A program made the position numbers and the translations under genes. From positions 620,001 to 684,000 of the forward strand of contig NC_092353.1 of assembly GCF_963676685.1 (NCBI RefSeq): DNA of 64,000 nucleotides, written 5' to 3'. The notes beneath the pieces are model-generated. The model saw nothing but the letters and a program-made list of their open reading frames with translations. It made no database searches and was not told where the DNA came from. Below, in pieces: positions 1 through 15,400 of the stretch. Position 1 is the first letter of the stretch; each line of letters opens with the position of its first letter. The stretch comes from Mytilus edulis (taxonomy: Eukaryota).

Positions 1-400
1 CTGGAAAACAAAACAAATAAATGGGGAATGTGTCCATGTGACACAAATGATGCCCCTGCTTGCTTATCATATAAAGTTATGAAGGGACATAAATCAAGTA
101 AAGGGACATAACTCTAGAACAGTACAAGTGACAGTCACACCACCAAAATTAAAACTAGAATCAGGTTTTTTTGTGGTTATAAGCATTGAATATAAGTTTC
201 ATAATAACAGGGTTAATTACAGAAATTAGCAAACAGACTATTAAAGTATTAATTTGCAATTTAATTTTCTACGTCATATAGCAGTAATAAAACACTGTTA
301 TTCTGATTCAAAAGTTAAATCAGATAATTGAAATCAGATTTCAATACCAATTCACCCCTCCCCAACCCCTCTATATATAACTTTGATTGTTCAAACTTAC

Positions 401-3400
401 TGTTGTAATTTAACACCAAACTGTTGTTTTGGATTATGAACTGCAGCCTCACTTTCATCTGAGGAATAAGGATAAGATGGTTTCTGTGCTGACAATATCT
501 TAGCATCATGTCTGTAAATAGTTAATTATTTAGAAGGTGAGAAAATATAATAGATTATAATGATACAAGATATACAGAAGAGTACCTTACTATTAATAAA
601 TTGTAGACTGCTGAATAAATCTTACTTACCTTACCATAGCTATACATGTATATAGAACTCTGGTCAAATATTCAGATTGTGAAGAAAATTATCATCTAGC
701 TCCTTTTTATAAACATATCAGAGTGAGAGTGATGTCATCTTATTGTACCTTGCCTTTATATGTTACTACATTTAAACACATTTTGAGAACAAAACATCTA
801 ATGTAAAAGTACTTACTCTAAAACTAAGGATGGCACGACTAGCTGATCAAAATGTAGATGTTCTTTTAACTTGTGTAAATAATCTACATACATTATCTTC
901 CTTCCAAACTTAGCACTGAAAAATCAAATGTATTTCACTAAGTTATAAATGCTGTAGACTACATTTTGCATCTCAAATTCCAAGTGTAAAAAGTATTGCA
1001 AATCAAAATGTATTTAAACAAAAACAAATGTATCAGTAAAATATTATTGAAATACCATGGTGAAAAGTTGACTTACAAAAAAAATTATGTCAAAATAAAA
1101 CCCTTTCTTGCAATTTTGGGAACTTTGGTGATACGTTTCAGGACTTACATCTGTAATCAGAGGTTAGCCTACAATAACTCTTAATCTCTTAGAAAACTGT
1201 TCAATTATTTAGCTTTAAATTTATATATTTATAGTCAAAAGAAGGGGGAGATAATTTGTACAAAATAATAATTAAAATAGGCTGCACTGTATAAATAAAT
1301 GTTTTATGTTGTCCCATTCCTATCATACTTGTTAACTCGTTATCCGTGTACATACTGTCTGATAAACAGTCATTACTAGTCATCAATGTGTGAGTGTATA
1401 ATATATATAAATCAATATAAATCACATAATGTGATGATACCATAAAGATATAAAATGCTAAATAATACAAACAAGATAATATCATGCAATTAACTCAATA
1501 AAAACCAAGGAATATAAATAAAATGTTAACTCATTTCAAATTAAAATGGATTTTATCATTTATATACTGTTATCTAACAGTTGCTGCAGATTTATACGGT
1601 ACTATTAAAATTTCAAAATCCCATTCGAACCTTTTGAAGGGAAGGTTTTCTAGCTTACTATATCAAGGTTTGAATACATTCTTGTGTAGTAAGACCTGTC
1701 CTATGACTCATCAAAATTTAAAATTTATATTTTTAGATCATAGAAATTGTTAACTGCATTTCAAAAATAAAAAAAAAATAAATATGGCAATTTTATAGTA
1801 TAATACTTTAAATTAGACATAGTCATTGTGAAAATAAATCTGGTCACTCAAAATCTGTTGATTAAAATCTTATTTTTGTGAAATCACAAAATTAATGTAG
1901 AAATACTTTTTCATACATTCTAGTATATATTTATTGACCTTTCTTTATCAGACTATGTCTCTAAAAGTCAGTGGGAGATCCATAACTTTTTAAAAGGGGA
2001 GGGAAGTACTGACTGCCAAAAGAGTGGGCAATCATGTGACTTTGCTTTAATAACATATCCCAAGAAGTATTTTCACGGATTATTTACTAACTAAAGTCTA
2101 TGCAAACCATTATTTATCATGTTTATTAAAATAAAAAGTTATTTTTCATTTAATTTCTATTCCAGATAAAAGCAATTTTATTTCTTTATTTATATTTCTC
2201 AAATACTTCTAAAACATCATACATTTATTCTGCATCAAAAATACTTGTGCAAAAAATTCAAATTGGTAGAGCAAATCACCATCTTAGGCATGAAACAAAA
2301 AATAGAACAACCATAATACCACAATTAATACCACAGTGGTAAAACAATAAGGATACTGTGTGATTCAACGTACCTGCTGTAGTAACGTAAAAATAAAATA
2401 TAAACTCATTAATATTTCTATAATAACCAGTAAAGCAGAGAGAGAAGTTATTATAAAACTGACCAATCAAACGTTTGGAAAATATCCTTATTGGATTAAA
2501 CAAAAAGTCAATTTTGACCACTACAATCAACGATAAGAAAAGTTTTGACCACTACAATCAACGATAAGAAACGTTTACTAAATGAATAAAGCTAACATTA
2601 GTAACAAAGCAATCAGGAAAATAAAATCATTCTTTTAAGATAAACTTTAACAAAATGTACAAACAATCTGTGTATTTACTTATAGGGAAACTTCTCTTAG
2701 TTCTTTTAGTTGTATATGAATAGCATTAATTGACTATAATACAATGTATATTAATATATTTCTTTTTTTTTGTATCCGTTTTTAATGTAAGTTCAAATAA
2801 AAAAAATAATCATGATTCCGAAACCAAATAAACAGGACAATTTTTTTGTTAAAATCAAAATTTTTTTTTTTTTTGGAAAATGGATCCATAATTTTACAAA
2901 TGTCATAAATTGTATTGGTAAATATAATTGATGACTGGGTATTGGTGATTCCCAAGGAAGGTAAAAATACCTAAAACCCAGTATGTATAAAACTATCTTA
3001 CCTTCTTATAAGATAGAAAGAAAAATCACAAACATAAGTTACTCATTTATTGTCAAATAGGCATTTCTGTGGCCTTTGTTAACAAATATGGGCAATTCTT
3101 ATTTCTTGCCAAGAAGCCATTTCTGTAGCCATAGTTACAATAACTAATGGACAATTCTTATTTTTTGCCAAATAGACATTTTTGTGGCCTTAGTAAACAT
3201 AAGTAATAGGCAATTCTTATTTCTTGACTAGTAGGCATTTCTGTAGCCGTAGTAACCATAAGTAGTGGGCAATTCTTATTTATAGTCAAGTAGGCATTTC
3301 TGTAGTCATAGTAACCATAAGTAATGGGCAAATTCTTATTTATTGTCAAGTAGGCATTTCTGTAGCCATAGTAACCATTAATAATGGGCAATTCTTATTT

Positions 3401-6400
3401 ATTGTCAAGTAGGCATTTCTGTGGCCATAGTTATGTCATGTAATTAGCAAGTTTCTACTGAACATGTCTTTAGATATATTTACCATAACATGGTAGAAAA
3501 AACGGTAAATCTAAAATGCTTTGTCAGCTATTTACAACACATGAGCTGCATCAGATACAAAAGAACCTTATGCAAGTGTACGTATACATGTAGATGTATA
3601 AGATTGTGATTAGTTTTGGAACATTATACAATATGAAAGATGAACTTTGGTCTGTTTAATAGGGTTCCTATATGAATTCAATTTACCTACAGTTACAGAC
3701 TTTACATACAGATTTGTACAACCCTAAATAAGTGACCAGATGCAATGAAAAGGGAGGGTATTTATTTGTATAAGGTTGAAATCTATCCGATGAAAGCTCA
3801 AAGTTTATCATAAGGTTGATATCTATCCGATGAAAGCTCAAAGTTTATCATAAGGTTGATATCTATCCGATGAAAGCTCAAAGTTTAGCTAAGGCTATAT
3901 AAAGAATTCAACGGTACTTGATATTTATTTTACCATAAGAAACTTGCAAATTTTAAAAACTTGTTGAGAAGCCATTACTGTAGCCATAGCTACTAGAGGT
4001 AACTGGCAAATTCTAATTTACTGTCAAGTAGGTATTTCTGTAGCCATGGTTACCAAAAGTAACAGGCAAATTCTAATTTACTGTCAATTAGACATTTCTG
4101 TAGCTATAGTTACCAAAAGTAACTGTCAAATTCATATTTACTGTCAAGTAGACATTTCTGTAGCTATAGTTACCAAAAGTAACTGGCAAATTCACATTTA
4201 TTGTCAAGTAGACATTTCTGTAGCCATAGTAACCAACAGTAACTGGCAAATTCTAATTTATGACAAGTAGGCATTTCTGAAGTCACAGTTATGACATGTT
4301 ATGAGCAAGTTCCTACTGAACATTTCTTTAGTCATATAGTAGAATAAATGGTAAATCTAAATGCTTGGTAAACTATTTACAACACATATTAGCTAAGGCT
4401 ATAGTTGCTAAAGAATTCCCCAGTAATTGATATGGTCATTTTGTGTGAAGAAAATTTTTTTCAAGTAAAAATCAAGGGCATAAAATGAACATGAAAAGGT
4501 GGTTCTCTGATTTTGAATATTATTCTCTGAAAATTTCTTAAAAAAAACCACCAAGAGCTATCAAAACAATGCTAGGACACCTCTCCCCCCTTGAAATAAG
4601 CCTTGGATATCTGAATGATATTGTATTAAACAAATTCTTTCAGTGAAAATGTCAACAAAGCTGTTGTGTAGCAAGTCACAGCCCATTCCAGCAGGTACTG
4701 TCTATAAGCTTCTCAAGAGAATACTGAGGAAATACAGGCAAATTCTACAGTTTTTATGCTGAAGCCGTCATAAATTTTAATTGTTCGATTTTCATGCCTC
4801 ATCTCAACAGATGTTTTTTTTAAATTGTGTTTTCTCTTTAGCTCCATGGGAGATGACAAAAGTAAACAAATATATAATTAACAAAAATAAACTGATAACC
4901 AATTTCTTACCCATGTTCCTGTCTATCACAAATAGAAATTGCATGAAAATCTAATATTTAATTTATCATGGCCTAATAGATACACACATGTATTAGAGTG
5001 ATACAATTAGATGCTATGGCAACACAAACTCACCTGCTGTTTTAAAAAAAAAATAGGAACAAAATTATTTCACACATGCCAAGAAATACTGACAGTACAA
5101 AATCTTGCAATAACTTCTAAATGCATATCAAAAATAGAACAAATACAAGGATTTAAATACGATAAAAACATGTAACAAAATTCATCCACATTCAATAAAA
5201 ATGATTTCTCATCTTTCTAAAAATAAAGTCACACATTCACACATGAACATAAAAAATACATGCTTCCTAAATCAAGCAATGTAATTCTTATAGAAAAAAT
5301 GTTTACAATTGTATTAAACAAAATCTTATCAGACATGTCAGATGGTCAACATGTATCAAGGTAAGTGACTCACCTTATAAATGGTTTAAATATATTTAGT
5401 AATAACTTGATAAAGTTTGTAGGATGGACTAGATATAAGGCTTTTAGATTCTTCTTGTACCTATAAAAGAAAGAATAAGGCCATACAAAAACAATCCTAG
5501 ATTCTTCTTGTATCTATAAAAGAAAGAATAAGGCCATACAAACACAATCCTAGATTCTTCTTGTACCTATAAAAGAAAGAATAAGGCCATACAAAAACAA
5601 TCCTAGATTCTTCTTGTACCTATAAAAGAAAGAATAAGGCCATACAAACACAATCCTATACTCTAACCCTAGCCAGTTTTTTTTCCCAGCAAAAACATCA
5701 GATGTACTGGACATATAGAACTTTTTAGATGTTGTTTTTCATGTTTTAATATTTTGAAACCTTTTTGGCAATTTTGAACAGTTGGGGTATCTACATATTA
5801 CACATAAACATTTGACAGATTTTCTTTGTTCACAAATACACAAAAATACATTTCCCCCCAAGATGCAGAACTCAATGATGAATCAGAGTGTTATAACCAA
5901 AGTACACTGAAGGATATATTGCATTTATCTAATTTTGTGAACTAAAAATGATGGAACACATTATGTTAATACTTTGAATTGGTATTCATACAAATAGGTT
6001 AATACAATATGCACAAATCATGTTATTTGTTTTATTAATTGAGAAATCCCTTTAAACACATACCTATCATTTTGTGACTTGAATATCTGAGTTTGCATTG
6101 TCAATAAATTTCATGACAATTTCTCTGTACATTAGTGACATCTACAATGAGACCAGATCTACACTGAATAGGGGCTTTACATTTGTGTACTTACTTTCTA
6201 TCAATTTCTCTGTACATTACTGACATCTACAAAGAGACCAGATCTACACTGAATAGGGACTTAACATTTGTGTACTCACTTTCTATCAAGTTCTCTGTAC
6301 ATTTGTAACATCCAGCCTAATTTAGGTTTGTTTTTACTTGTCAGTCCGTAGTGGAAGTAAACTATAACATAATCATTCTCCACATACTGATCCAAGGTGT

Positions 6401-9400
6401 ATTTAAGGTATCTGTAATATAGAAATCATGATCCTTTAACTAAATCCATTCTTTTTTCTTTATCTTTGTACATTTCTAAACATGTATTTTTAATACTTTC
6501 CAGGTTATAACATTGCTGTAGGAAGTCTACTTATAAAGTACAGCTACTTATATAAATGTATAGGAAGGAGAGATTTTTTGACAGCAGATGAAACACTTTG
6601 ATTTCTAGTGATCGTAGAAAATGAGGTTAACATTATAACTATTTCCTAAACCACTGCAACATTTTTGAAATGTCAGACTGAATATTGAGGACATCTGATT
6701 ATGACTGTTTACACCAGATAATAATGACTTTACTTAAAGAGGACATGAAGTAATGACTGTTTCTTTTAATTATGTAACATTTAACTGTGCATGTGCTTAG
6801 TCAGGAAATCTGGGTACAACAGTTTCCTATAACTTTGCAATATATTATTTTATACTGCAGCAAGTTGTGTTTATTTCCTAAATATAGTAACATAGCTATA
6901 TTTTGTATAATGTCAATTTCATCACGGAACACTTTCTCCACAAATAGGGGTTCATTTAGGGATGAAAATAAGTTTGACATTTGTGTTACGACCTAAAAGT
7001 TATCAATGTGTTAATTTTAGTTGCAGTATAAAAACAATATAAGGTCAATGTCATTAAAATATAAACTTGTTTGTACTCGGTGCAAAACTGGAGAAGGGCT
7101 TGGTAGAACCTCATCCATCCCCAGTTTCTCAGCCTCATACAAAAAAGTTTATATTTTTTCTGACATTGACCTAATATTGTATATGTATCTGTGAACTTAG
7201 AGGAAGTATACAAACTGAAGCTACAGTAACTGTTATAATGTTTTACTTACTCCATAAGTCGTTCATGATTTATCTGTGAACTTGGAGGAAGTCTACAGGC
7301 TGAAGCGACTATAACTTTCCGGCCATAAGTATCATCCCCTGCCAAAATCAAAATCAAATTAGGTAATGAATCATTGAAAAGTACAACAAAATATCTAGTA
7401 AGTCACCTGCCCATCCCCCATATTACAGATAAGTTACCACATGTTGACTCCCTTATTACTCTACTGAGCCACATCTTTGACCAGTTAGTAACTAGTTAGT
7501 AACCCTCCCCTCCCTCCCTCCTCCTTAACAGATAAGTTACCAGCAACTTTCAGTATACTGTACTGGCCACATCTCTGACTAGTAATTCTCCTTTCTCTTT
7601 CCCCTCCTCCCCAAAGAAATAACATATAAATTACCAGCAACTTCCAGTATCCTATACTGTGCCACATCTCTGAATTCTGATTCATCATTGTCCTCAGCAT
7701 CCTACAATTATATACATAAATGAACCAGATGCTCCGCAGGGCACAGCTTTATACGAACGCAGAGTTCGAACCCTGAACATTGGGGCAAGTATGATACAGC
7801 TCTGAATTTTGATTGTGATTAAATAGTTGACACAACACAGGTTTCTGACACATAATGACTGTGGTCTAATAACTCAAACTTAAAAACTTTAAAAAATTGG
7901 ACATTACCTATTATGGTCAAATATCCAAAATCTAAAAACATGGTTAGATTCAGCATATCAAAGAACCCCAAGAATTCAATTTTTGTTAAAATCAATCTTA
8001 GTTTAATTTTGGACCCTTTGGACCGGGTGTACACCAAAAATTTCTAGAATTAAACTTTTTTTCTTAACCTGATTTTTGGGTTTATATGACTGTAAACAAA
8101 TAATTGGTGAAGAAAAAATTACATGGTGGTGCACTTCTTTTTCTGCTACAGCCCTTTGAAAATACCCAATTTTGATGATTTTCCCGTTTTTCATCAATTT
8201 TTACCTATTTTTGGGCTATAATCCGAAAAAAAGTTACAGTTCCACAATTAAACTTTTTTTCATAATTTCAATAAAGATGAAGTGGACCAATCTGAGTAAA
8301 TTTAACTTAAAAAAAACAAAAAGTAGGTGTTAATATAAGAAAGTTTTATCATATTTTGATGCTTTTTTGTGTCAAATTTACCTTGCTGTCAATTTTGTAA
8401 ATTTGTGATTTTTCTCAGTTTTAAGAACAAAATGCATATTATTTCAAATTTTGTTGTCATAAATGATTGAAAAAATACATATCTAAGAAATTTGAAGAGA
8501 CAAAAATAATATGGGATGTACATGATTCTTGTAAAATCACTTTTTGTACCCCTCACCCATTTTCTTAAAATTTAGGCTAAAAAGACTGACTTGGTTTGTC
8601 GTAAAATTTGAAAACTGGATTACTCAAAAACCATTCATTGTAAATACACAATTTTTTCACAGAGTTATGTTTGTTTATAATATTTTTTAAATTCATTGAT
8701 ATTACCCACTTGTATTACATGTTTTTGAAATAATTCAAGAACAAGATTTTAACGAGACTGATCGAGACTGAAAAGTCATAAGAATACATCCTTAATGTAG
8801 ACCAATTTGAAACTGGGAGCAAAAATTAAGAATCTACATACATAGTTAGATTCGGCATATCAAAGAACCCCAATTATTCAATTTTTGATGAATTCAAACA
8901 AAGTTTAATTTTGGACCCTTTGGGCCCCTTATTCCTAAACTGTTGGGACCAAAACTCCCAAAATCAATCCCAACCTTCCTTTTATGGTCAAAAACCTTGT
9001 GTTTAAATTTCATAGATTTCTATTTTCTTATACTTAAGTTATGGTGCGAAAACAAAGAAAAATGCTTATTTGGGCCCCTTTTGGCCCCTAATTCCTAAAC
9101 TGTTGGGACCAAAACTCCCAAAATCAATCAAAACCTTCCTTTTGTGTTCATAAACCTTGTATTTAATTTTCATTGATTTCTATTTACTTATACTAAAGTT
9201 ATTGTGCGAAAACCAAGAATAATGCTTATTTGGGCCCTTTTTTGGCACCTCATTCCTAAACTGTTGGGACCAAGACTCCCAAAATCAACCCCAACCTTCC
9301 TTCAGCGGTCATAAACCTTGTGTGAAAATTTCATAGATTTCTATTTACTTAAATTAAAGTTATAGTGCGAAAACCAAGAAATGCTTATTTTGGGCCCTTT

Positions 9401-12400
9401 TTGGCCCCTAATTCCCAAACTGTTGGGACCAAAACTTCCAAAATCAATCCCAAACCTTCCTTTTATGGTCATAAAAAGTCTTTGGACACTGCTGCCGACG
9501 ACGACGCCAACGTGATACCAATATACGACCAAAAAAATTTTAATTTTTGCGGGAAAATTTTTTTTTGCGGTCGTATAAAAACATAGATATATGTCTTGCC
9601 TTTACATAGTTTTGAAAGTGTATGTATAATGCAAATGTTGATATACAAATTTTTAACTTTCAAACTACCCGTAGGCAAACAGAATAACTTTTGTCTAAAA
9701 TCTGTAAGTACTCATACCTTGACGATTTTAGCCTTTTTTTAATACATTTTTATAGTGTTTCCTTTTATGTCAAGTTCTTACAACTCTGTCTTGGGTTGGG
9801 GTGAAGGTTGGCGCCAAATAAAAATGTTTAAAGCAGCTTCATTTGTTTGCACCTGTCATATGTCAGATACCTGAATGTTCAGTATTTGTTGTTTGTTTGT
9901 TGTCTCATTGGCAATCATACCACATCTCCTTATTTCTATATATCTGGTATGTAATGGATTAATTTCATGAATGAATCATTGAGGCAAATAAATTGTTGTC
10001 TCAATATTCTGATCACACTTTTTTTTTTATTTAGTTGAGTGTCATAGAAATATTTCCAATATTCATCATGTCATTTTAGTAAATTGTATATGTTTTGATC
10101 AATATAACTTTTTTAGATTATTAATTTTTAATTCATCAAAAAAAAGAAGAAAGATAACCCATTCATAAAAATAAAATCACATATTTTAAAACTTTTTCCA
10201 TGGAAGTAACAAAATGCCCTTATAAACTTTACATATGAATATAAGAGATGACTTAAACTAGAATTACAGAGGGTGTTCCAAGTTCCTTTTCAAAATCATC
10301 TTCTATCAATCCCTCTGGTGTAATGGCTCCACTTCTAAACGCTATCTCTCCGGCTTGTTCTCTTGCCAAATCTGTAAAACACACACAACATCTGTGTAAT
10401 AAATACTCATCTTTAATTTGCCTTTTTTCTAAAAGAGGTAGACAAATATTTGTGACACTTACTAGGAGTTGTTTATCAAGAAATTAAGAAAATGAGATAT
10501 CTGTATGCAGTTATTAGTCTGTAACTTCAAACAGTGTCTATAACACCTAATTCTTATTGAAAATTATACATCAGAAGGATTTAAATTTATATTTCAATAA
10601 AAACACTCAATAAATTAAAAAACAAAAAGTGCCGGTATATTTAACCCAAATAAATTCTCACTATCCATGCTATCTGTGACTAAAAAATCAAAATTACACA
10701 AAAATCTACAAAAGTTTATTTATGCATGTATGTAGTTGAAAATATTAATTTAGTACTAGTAATATTAATTTTAGTATAACAATCATATACAGGTTACCTT
10801 GGTTACAGAATCATATACAAGAAAGTAATTACAGACATGCTATACATATATACACTTTATATATACTAGACGTATTAATATATTCTTTGCAGATAAATTA
10901 AGAAATAAGACAGTTTTAGTACTGAAGGAGCTTTGTACATACATATCAATCAATTTTCACAGACTGTTCTAGAGTATGTGATTTCTAACATATAAAGATG
11001 TTAATTGATATCTTGGACATGAAATTTATCTCTAGTAACGACTCTGGATACCAATCTTCTAATGATTTAACAGGAAGAACATGATGGGTATCAACAATGG
11101 AGCAGGAACTGAAGACCCATCCAGAGCATTCGTTTGATGGGGTTCATGTTGCCAAATTTTAGTTTTGTGTGTAGTAACTGTTTTATAAATTGTTGTTTGA
11201 CTTGGTTGTTTTCTTCTTAAGTTTGTTTCACTTCCTTGGTATAATGACATGTTTATGGAATATCATTCTAGTCTCAGAATTGGAGCTGACATGTTTATGG
11301 AATATCATTCTAGTCTCAGAATTTGAGCTCATGTTGGCGGATCTATTTTGATCATTTTCACAATTACTGTACCTGTTTAAGGGGAGGGGGAAGGGGCCTA
11401 GCCCCCTATGCTTTTGTAGCGAAAAAAGGTTGATTATTTAGGAAAGGAATTAATGAATCATGACTGTAGCAGGCCTCCTTTAAGGCAGTGAAAAATTCTG
11501 GATCAACCACTGACAATAGACAGATCATTTTGCTTTGAGAGTTTAGATCAACCACTGACAATAGACAGATCATTTTACTTTGAGAGTTTAGACTTGATCA
11601 ACCACTGACAATAGACAGATCATTTTACTTTGAGAGTTTAGACTTGATCAACCACCGACAATAGACAGATCATTTTACTTTGAGAGTTTAGACTTGATCA
11701 ACCACTGACAATAGACAGATCATTTTACTTTGAGAGTTTAGACTTGATCAACCACTGACAATAGACAGATCATTTTACTTTGAGAGTTTAGATCAACCAC
11801 TGACAATAGACAGATCATTTTGCTTTGAGAGTTTAGATCAACCACTGACAATAGACAGATCATTTTGCTTTGAGAGTTTAGATCAACCACTGACAATAGA
11901 CAGATCATTTTGCTTTGAGAGTTTAGATCAACCACTGACAATAGACAGATCATTTTGCTTTGAGAGTTTAGACTAGAAATTTGTCTTTGGATTATAAACA
12001 ATTGAAATGCTTGACACACTTAAACTTTGAATTTTGTTAAAGTAATATGTCAAAACTGAATGAATTCCTTATTTTGCCTAAAAAACGGATTTTTTCATTA
12101 GTGTGTTTTGTACTTAGTTTCTTTTTTTGTAATATCTAAATTTGTTTTTCATGAGGGTCTAAGGAAAGATTACTTTTACCCTCTTTAAAATAAAAATTAT
12201 TATTGACACATTTTTTACACCTTACAGTAAGTGACTAAATTGTAGGTTAGTAGTATATGGTACATGTACAAATAAAAACATCTATCAACAAGTTAATCTC
12301 AAAAACAAAATACAACAGCAAACAAGTTAGTTCTACAGAAAACAGGAACGTTCCATGCTCTCCTGGCTTATGTAGGTTAGCTCTACAGAGAACAAAAACT

Positions 12401-15400
12401 TTCATGCTCTCCTGGTTTATAAAGAAGATCCAAATACTACTTTCACATCCATCAATACATATCTAACATTGTGGTTATTTTGTTTTCTTCAGAATGATGT
12501 TTTTTTCTTCTCTTCAAGTTATACAATTTTTTTTTCTGTCTGACATAGATTGTTAGATTTACAATTTATTCTTTGTTTAATAAAACATGTATAACATTGA
12601 TACAATATAACTTTAATATGCAATTACTTAAACATGTGCATTACATTTTATGCATTGCAATCGCCCAAAAGAGCAGCTAACCCTAACCAATGTATTGTTG
12701 AATGCACCAAAAGTATAAATGAATCACAAATGCAATGTCCACAACATTTGATCTTACCTTCCTCCCATGATGTCATTGGTACATTATAATCTTCTGTTAT
12801 TCCTTAAATAATGAGCATCAGTCACTTAACAAAACATACCGGTTCATTATAATCTTTTGTTATTCCTTAAATAATTAGCATCAATCACTTAACATCATAC
12901 CAGTACATTATAATCTTCTGTTATTGAATATTCCTTAAATAATTACCATCGATCACTTAACAAAACATATTGGTACATTATAACCTTCTGTTATTCCTTA
13001 AATAATTACCATCGATCACTTAACAAAACATATTGGTACATTATAATCTTCTGTTATTCCTTAAATAATTACCATCGATCATTAAACAAAACATAATGGC
13101 ACATTATAATCTTCTGTTATTCCTAAAGTAATAACCGACAATCACTTAATATACCGGTACATTATAGTCTTCTGTTATTCTTAAAGTAATAACCATCAAT
13201 CACTTAACAAAACATACTGGTATATTATAATCTTCTGTTATTCCTAAAGTAATAACCATCAATCACTTAACATACCAGTACATTATAGTCTTCTGTTATT
13301 CCTAAAGTAATAACCATCAATCACTTAACATACCGGTACATTATAATCTTCTGTTATTCCTAAAGTAATAACCATCAATCACTTAACAAAACATACCGGT
13401 ACATTATAATCTTCTGTTATTCCTAAAGTAATAACCATCAATCACTTAACATACCGGTACATTATAGTCTTCTGTTATTCCTAAAGTAATAACCGACAAT
13501 CACTTAACATACCAGTACATTATAGTCTTCTGTTATTCCTAAAGTAATAACCATCAATCACTTAACAAAACATACTGGTATATTATAATCTTCTGTTATT
13601 CCTAAAGTAATAACCATCAATCACTTAACATACCGGTACATTATAGTCTTCTGTTATTCTTAAAGTAATAACCATCAATCACTTAACAAAACATACTGGT
13701 ATATTATAATCTTCTGTTATTCCTAAAGTAATAACCATCAATCACTTAACATACCGGTACATTATAGTCTTCTGTTATTCCTAAAGTAATAACCATCAAT
13801 CACTTAACATACCGGTACATTATAATCTTCTGTTATTCCTAAAGTAATAACCATCAATCACTTAACATACCGGTACATTATAATCTTCTGTTATTCCTTA
13901 AGTAATAACCATCAATCACTTAACATACCGGTACATTATAATCTTCTGTTATTCCTAAAGTAATAACCATCAATCACTTAACATACCGGTACATTATAGT
14001 CTTCTGTTATTCCTAAAGTAATAACCATCAATCACTTAACATACCGGTACATTATAATCTTCTGTTATTCCTAAAGTAATAACCATCAATCACTTAACAA
14101 AACATACCGGTACATTATAATCTTCTGTTATTCCTAAAGTAATAACCATCAATCACTTAACATACCGGTACATTATAGTCTTCTGTTATTCCTAAAGTAA
14201 TAACCATCAATCACTTAACATACCGGTACATTATAATCTTCTGTTATTCCTAAAGTAATAACCATCAATCACTTAACATACCGGTACATTATAATCTTCT
14301 GTTATTCCTTAAGTAATAACCATCAATCACTTAACATACCGGTACATTATAATCTTCTGTTATTCCTAAAGTAATAACCATCAATCACTTAACATACCGG
14401 TACATTATAGTCTTCTGTTATTCTTAAAGTAATAACCATCAATCACTTAACAAAACATACTGGTATATTATAATCTTCTGTTATTCCTAAAGTAATAACC
14501 ATCAATCACTTAACAAAACATACTGGTATATTATAATCTTCTGTTATTCCTAAAGTAATAACCATCAATCACTTAACATACCGGTACATTATAGTCTTCT
14601 GTTATTCTTAAAGTAATAACCATCAATCACTTAACAAAACATACTGGTATATTATAATCTTCTGTTATTCCTAAAGTAATAACCATCAATCACTTAACAT
14701 ACCGGTACATTATAGTCTTCTGTTATTCCTAAAGTAATAACCATCAATCACTTAACATACCGGTACATTATAATCTTCTGTTATTCCTAAAGTAATAACC
14801 ATCAATCACTTAACATACCGGTACATTATAATCTTCTGTTATTCCTTAAGTAATAACCATCAATCACTTAACATACCGGTACATTATAATCTTCTGTTAT
14901 TCCTAAAGTAATAACCATCAATCACTTAACATACCGGTACATTATAGTCTTCTGTTATTCCTAAAGTAATAACCATCAATCACTTAACAAAACATAATGG
15001 TACATTATAATCTGCTGTTATTCCTAAATTAATTACCATCAATCACTTAACATACCAGTACATTATAGTCTTCTGTTATTCCTAAAGTAATAACCATCAA
15101 TCACTTAACATACCGGTACATTATAATCTTCTGTTATTCCTAAAGTAATAACCATCAATCACTTAACATACCGGTACATTATAGTCTTCTGTTATTCCTA
15201 AAGTAATAACCATCAATCACTTAACAAAACATAATGGTACATTATAATCTGCTGTTATTCCTAAATTAATTACCATCAACATGATCAATCACTTAACATA
15301 CCATGCAACCAAAGCATAGAACAGCCTCATTGCAGCAACCAGATGCTCCGCAGGGCGCAGCTTTATATGACTGCAGATGTTGAACCCTGAACAGTTGGGG

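Noticed and set aside
11738-12019. 93-aa repetitive ORF
   Set aside because: Translation of a 45-bp minisatellite.
12776-15302. CRISPR-like appearance of the regular arrays (also 44548-46458 and 50388-54110)
   Set aside because: No unique spacers and no cas genes; context is eukaryotic and units are plain tandem repeats.
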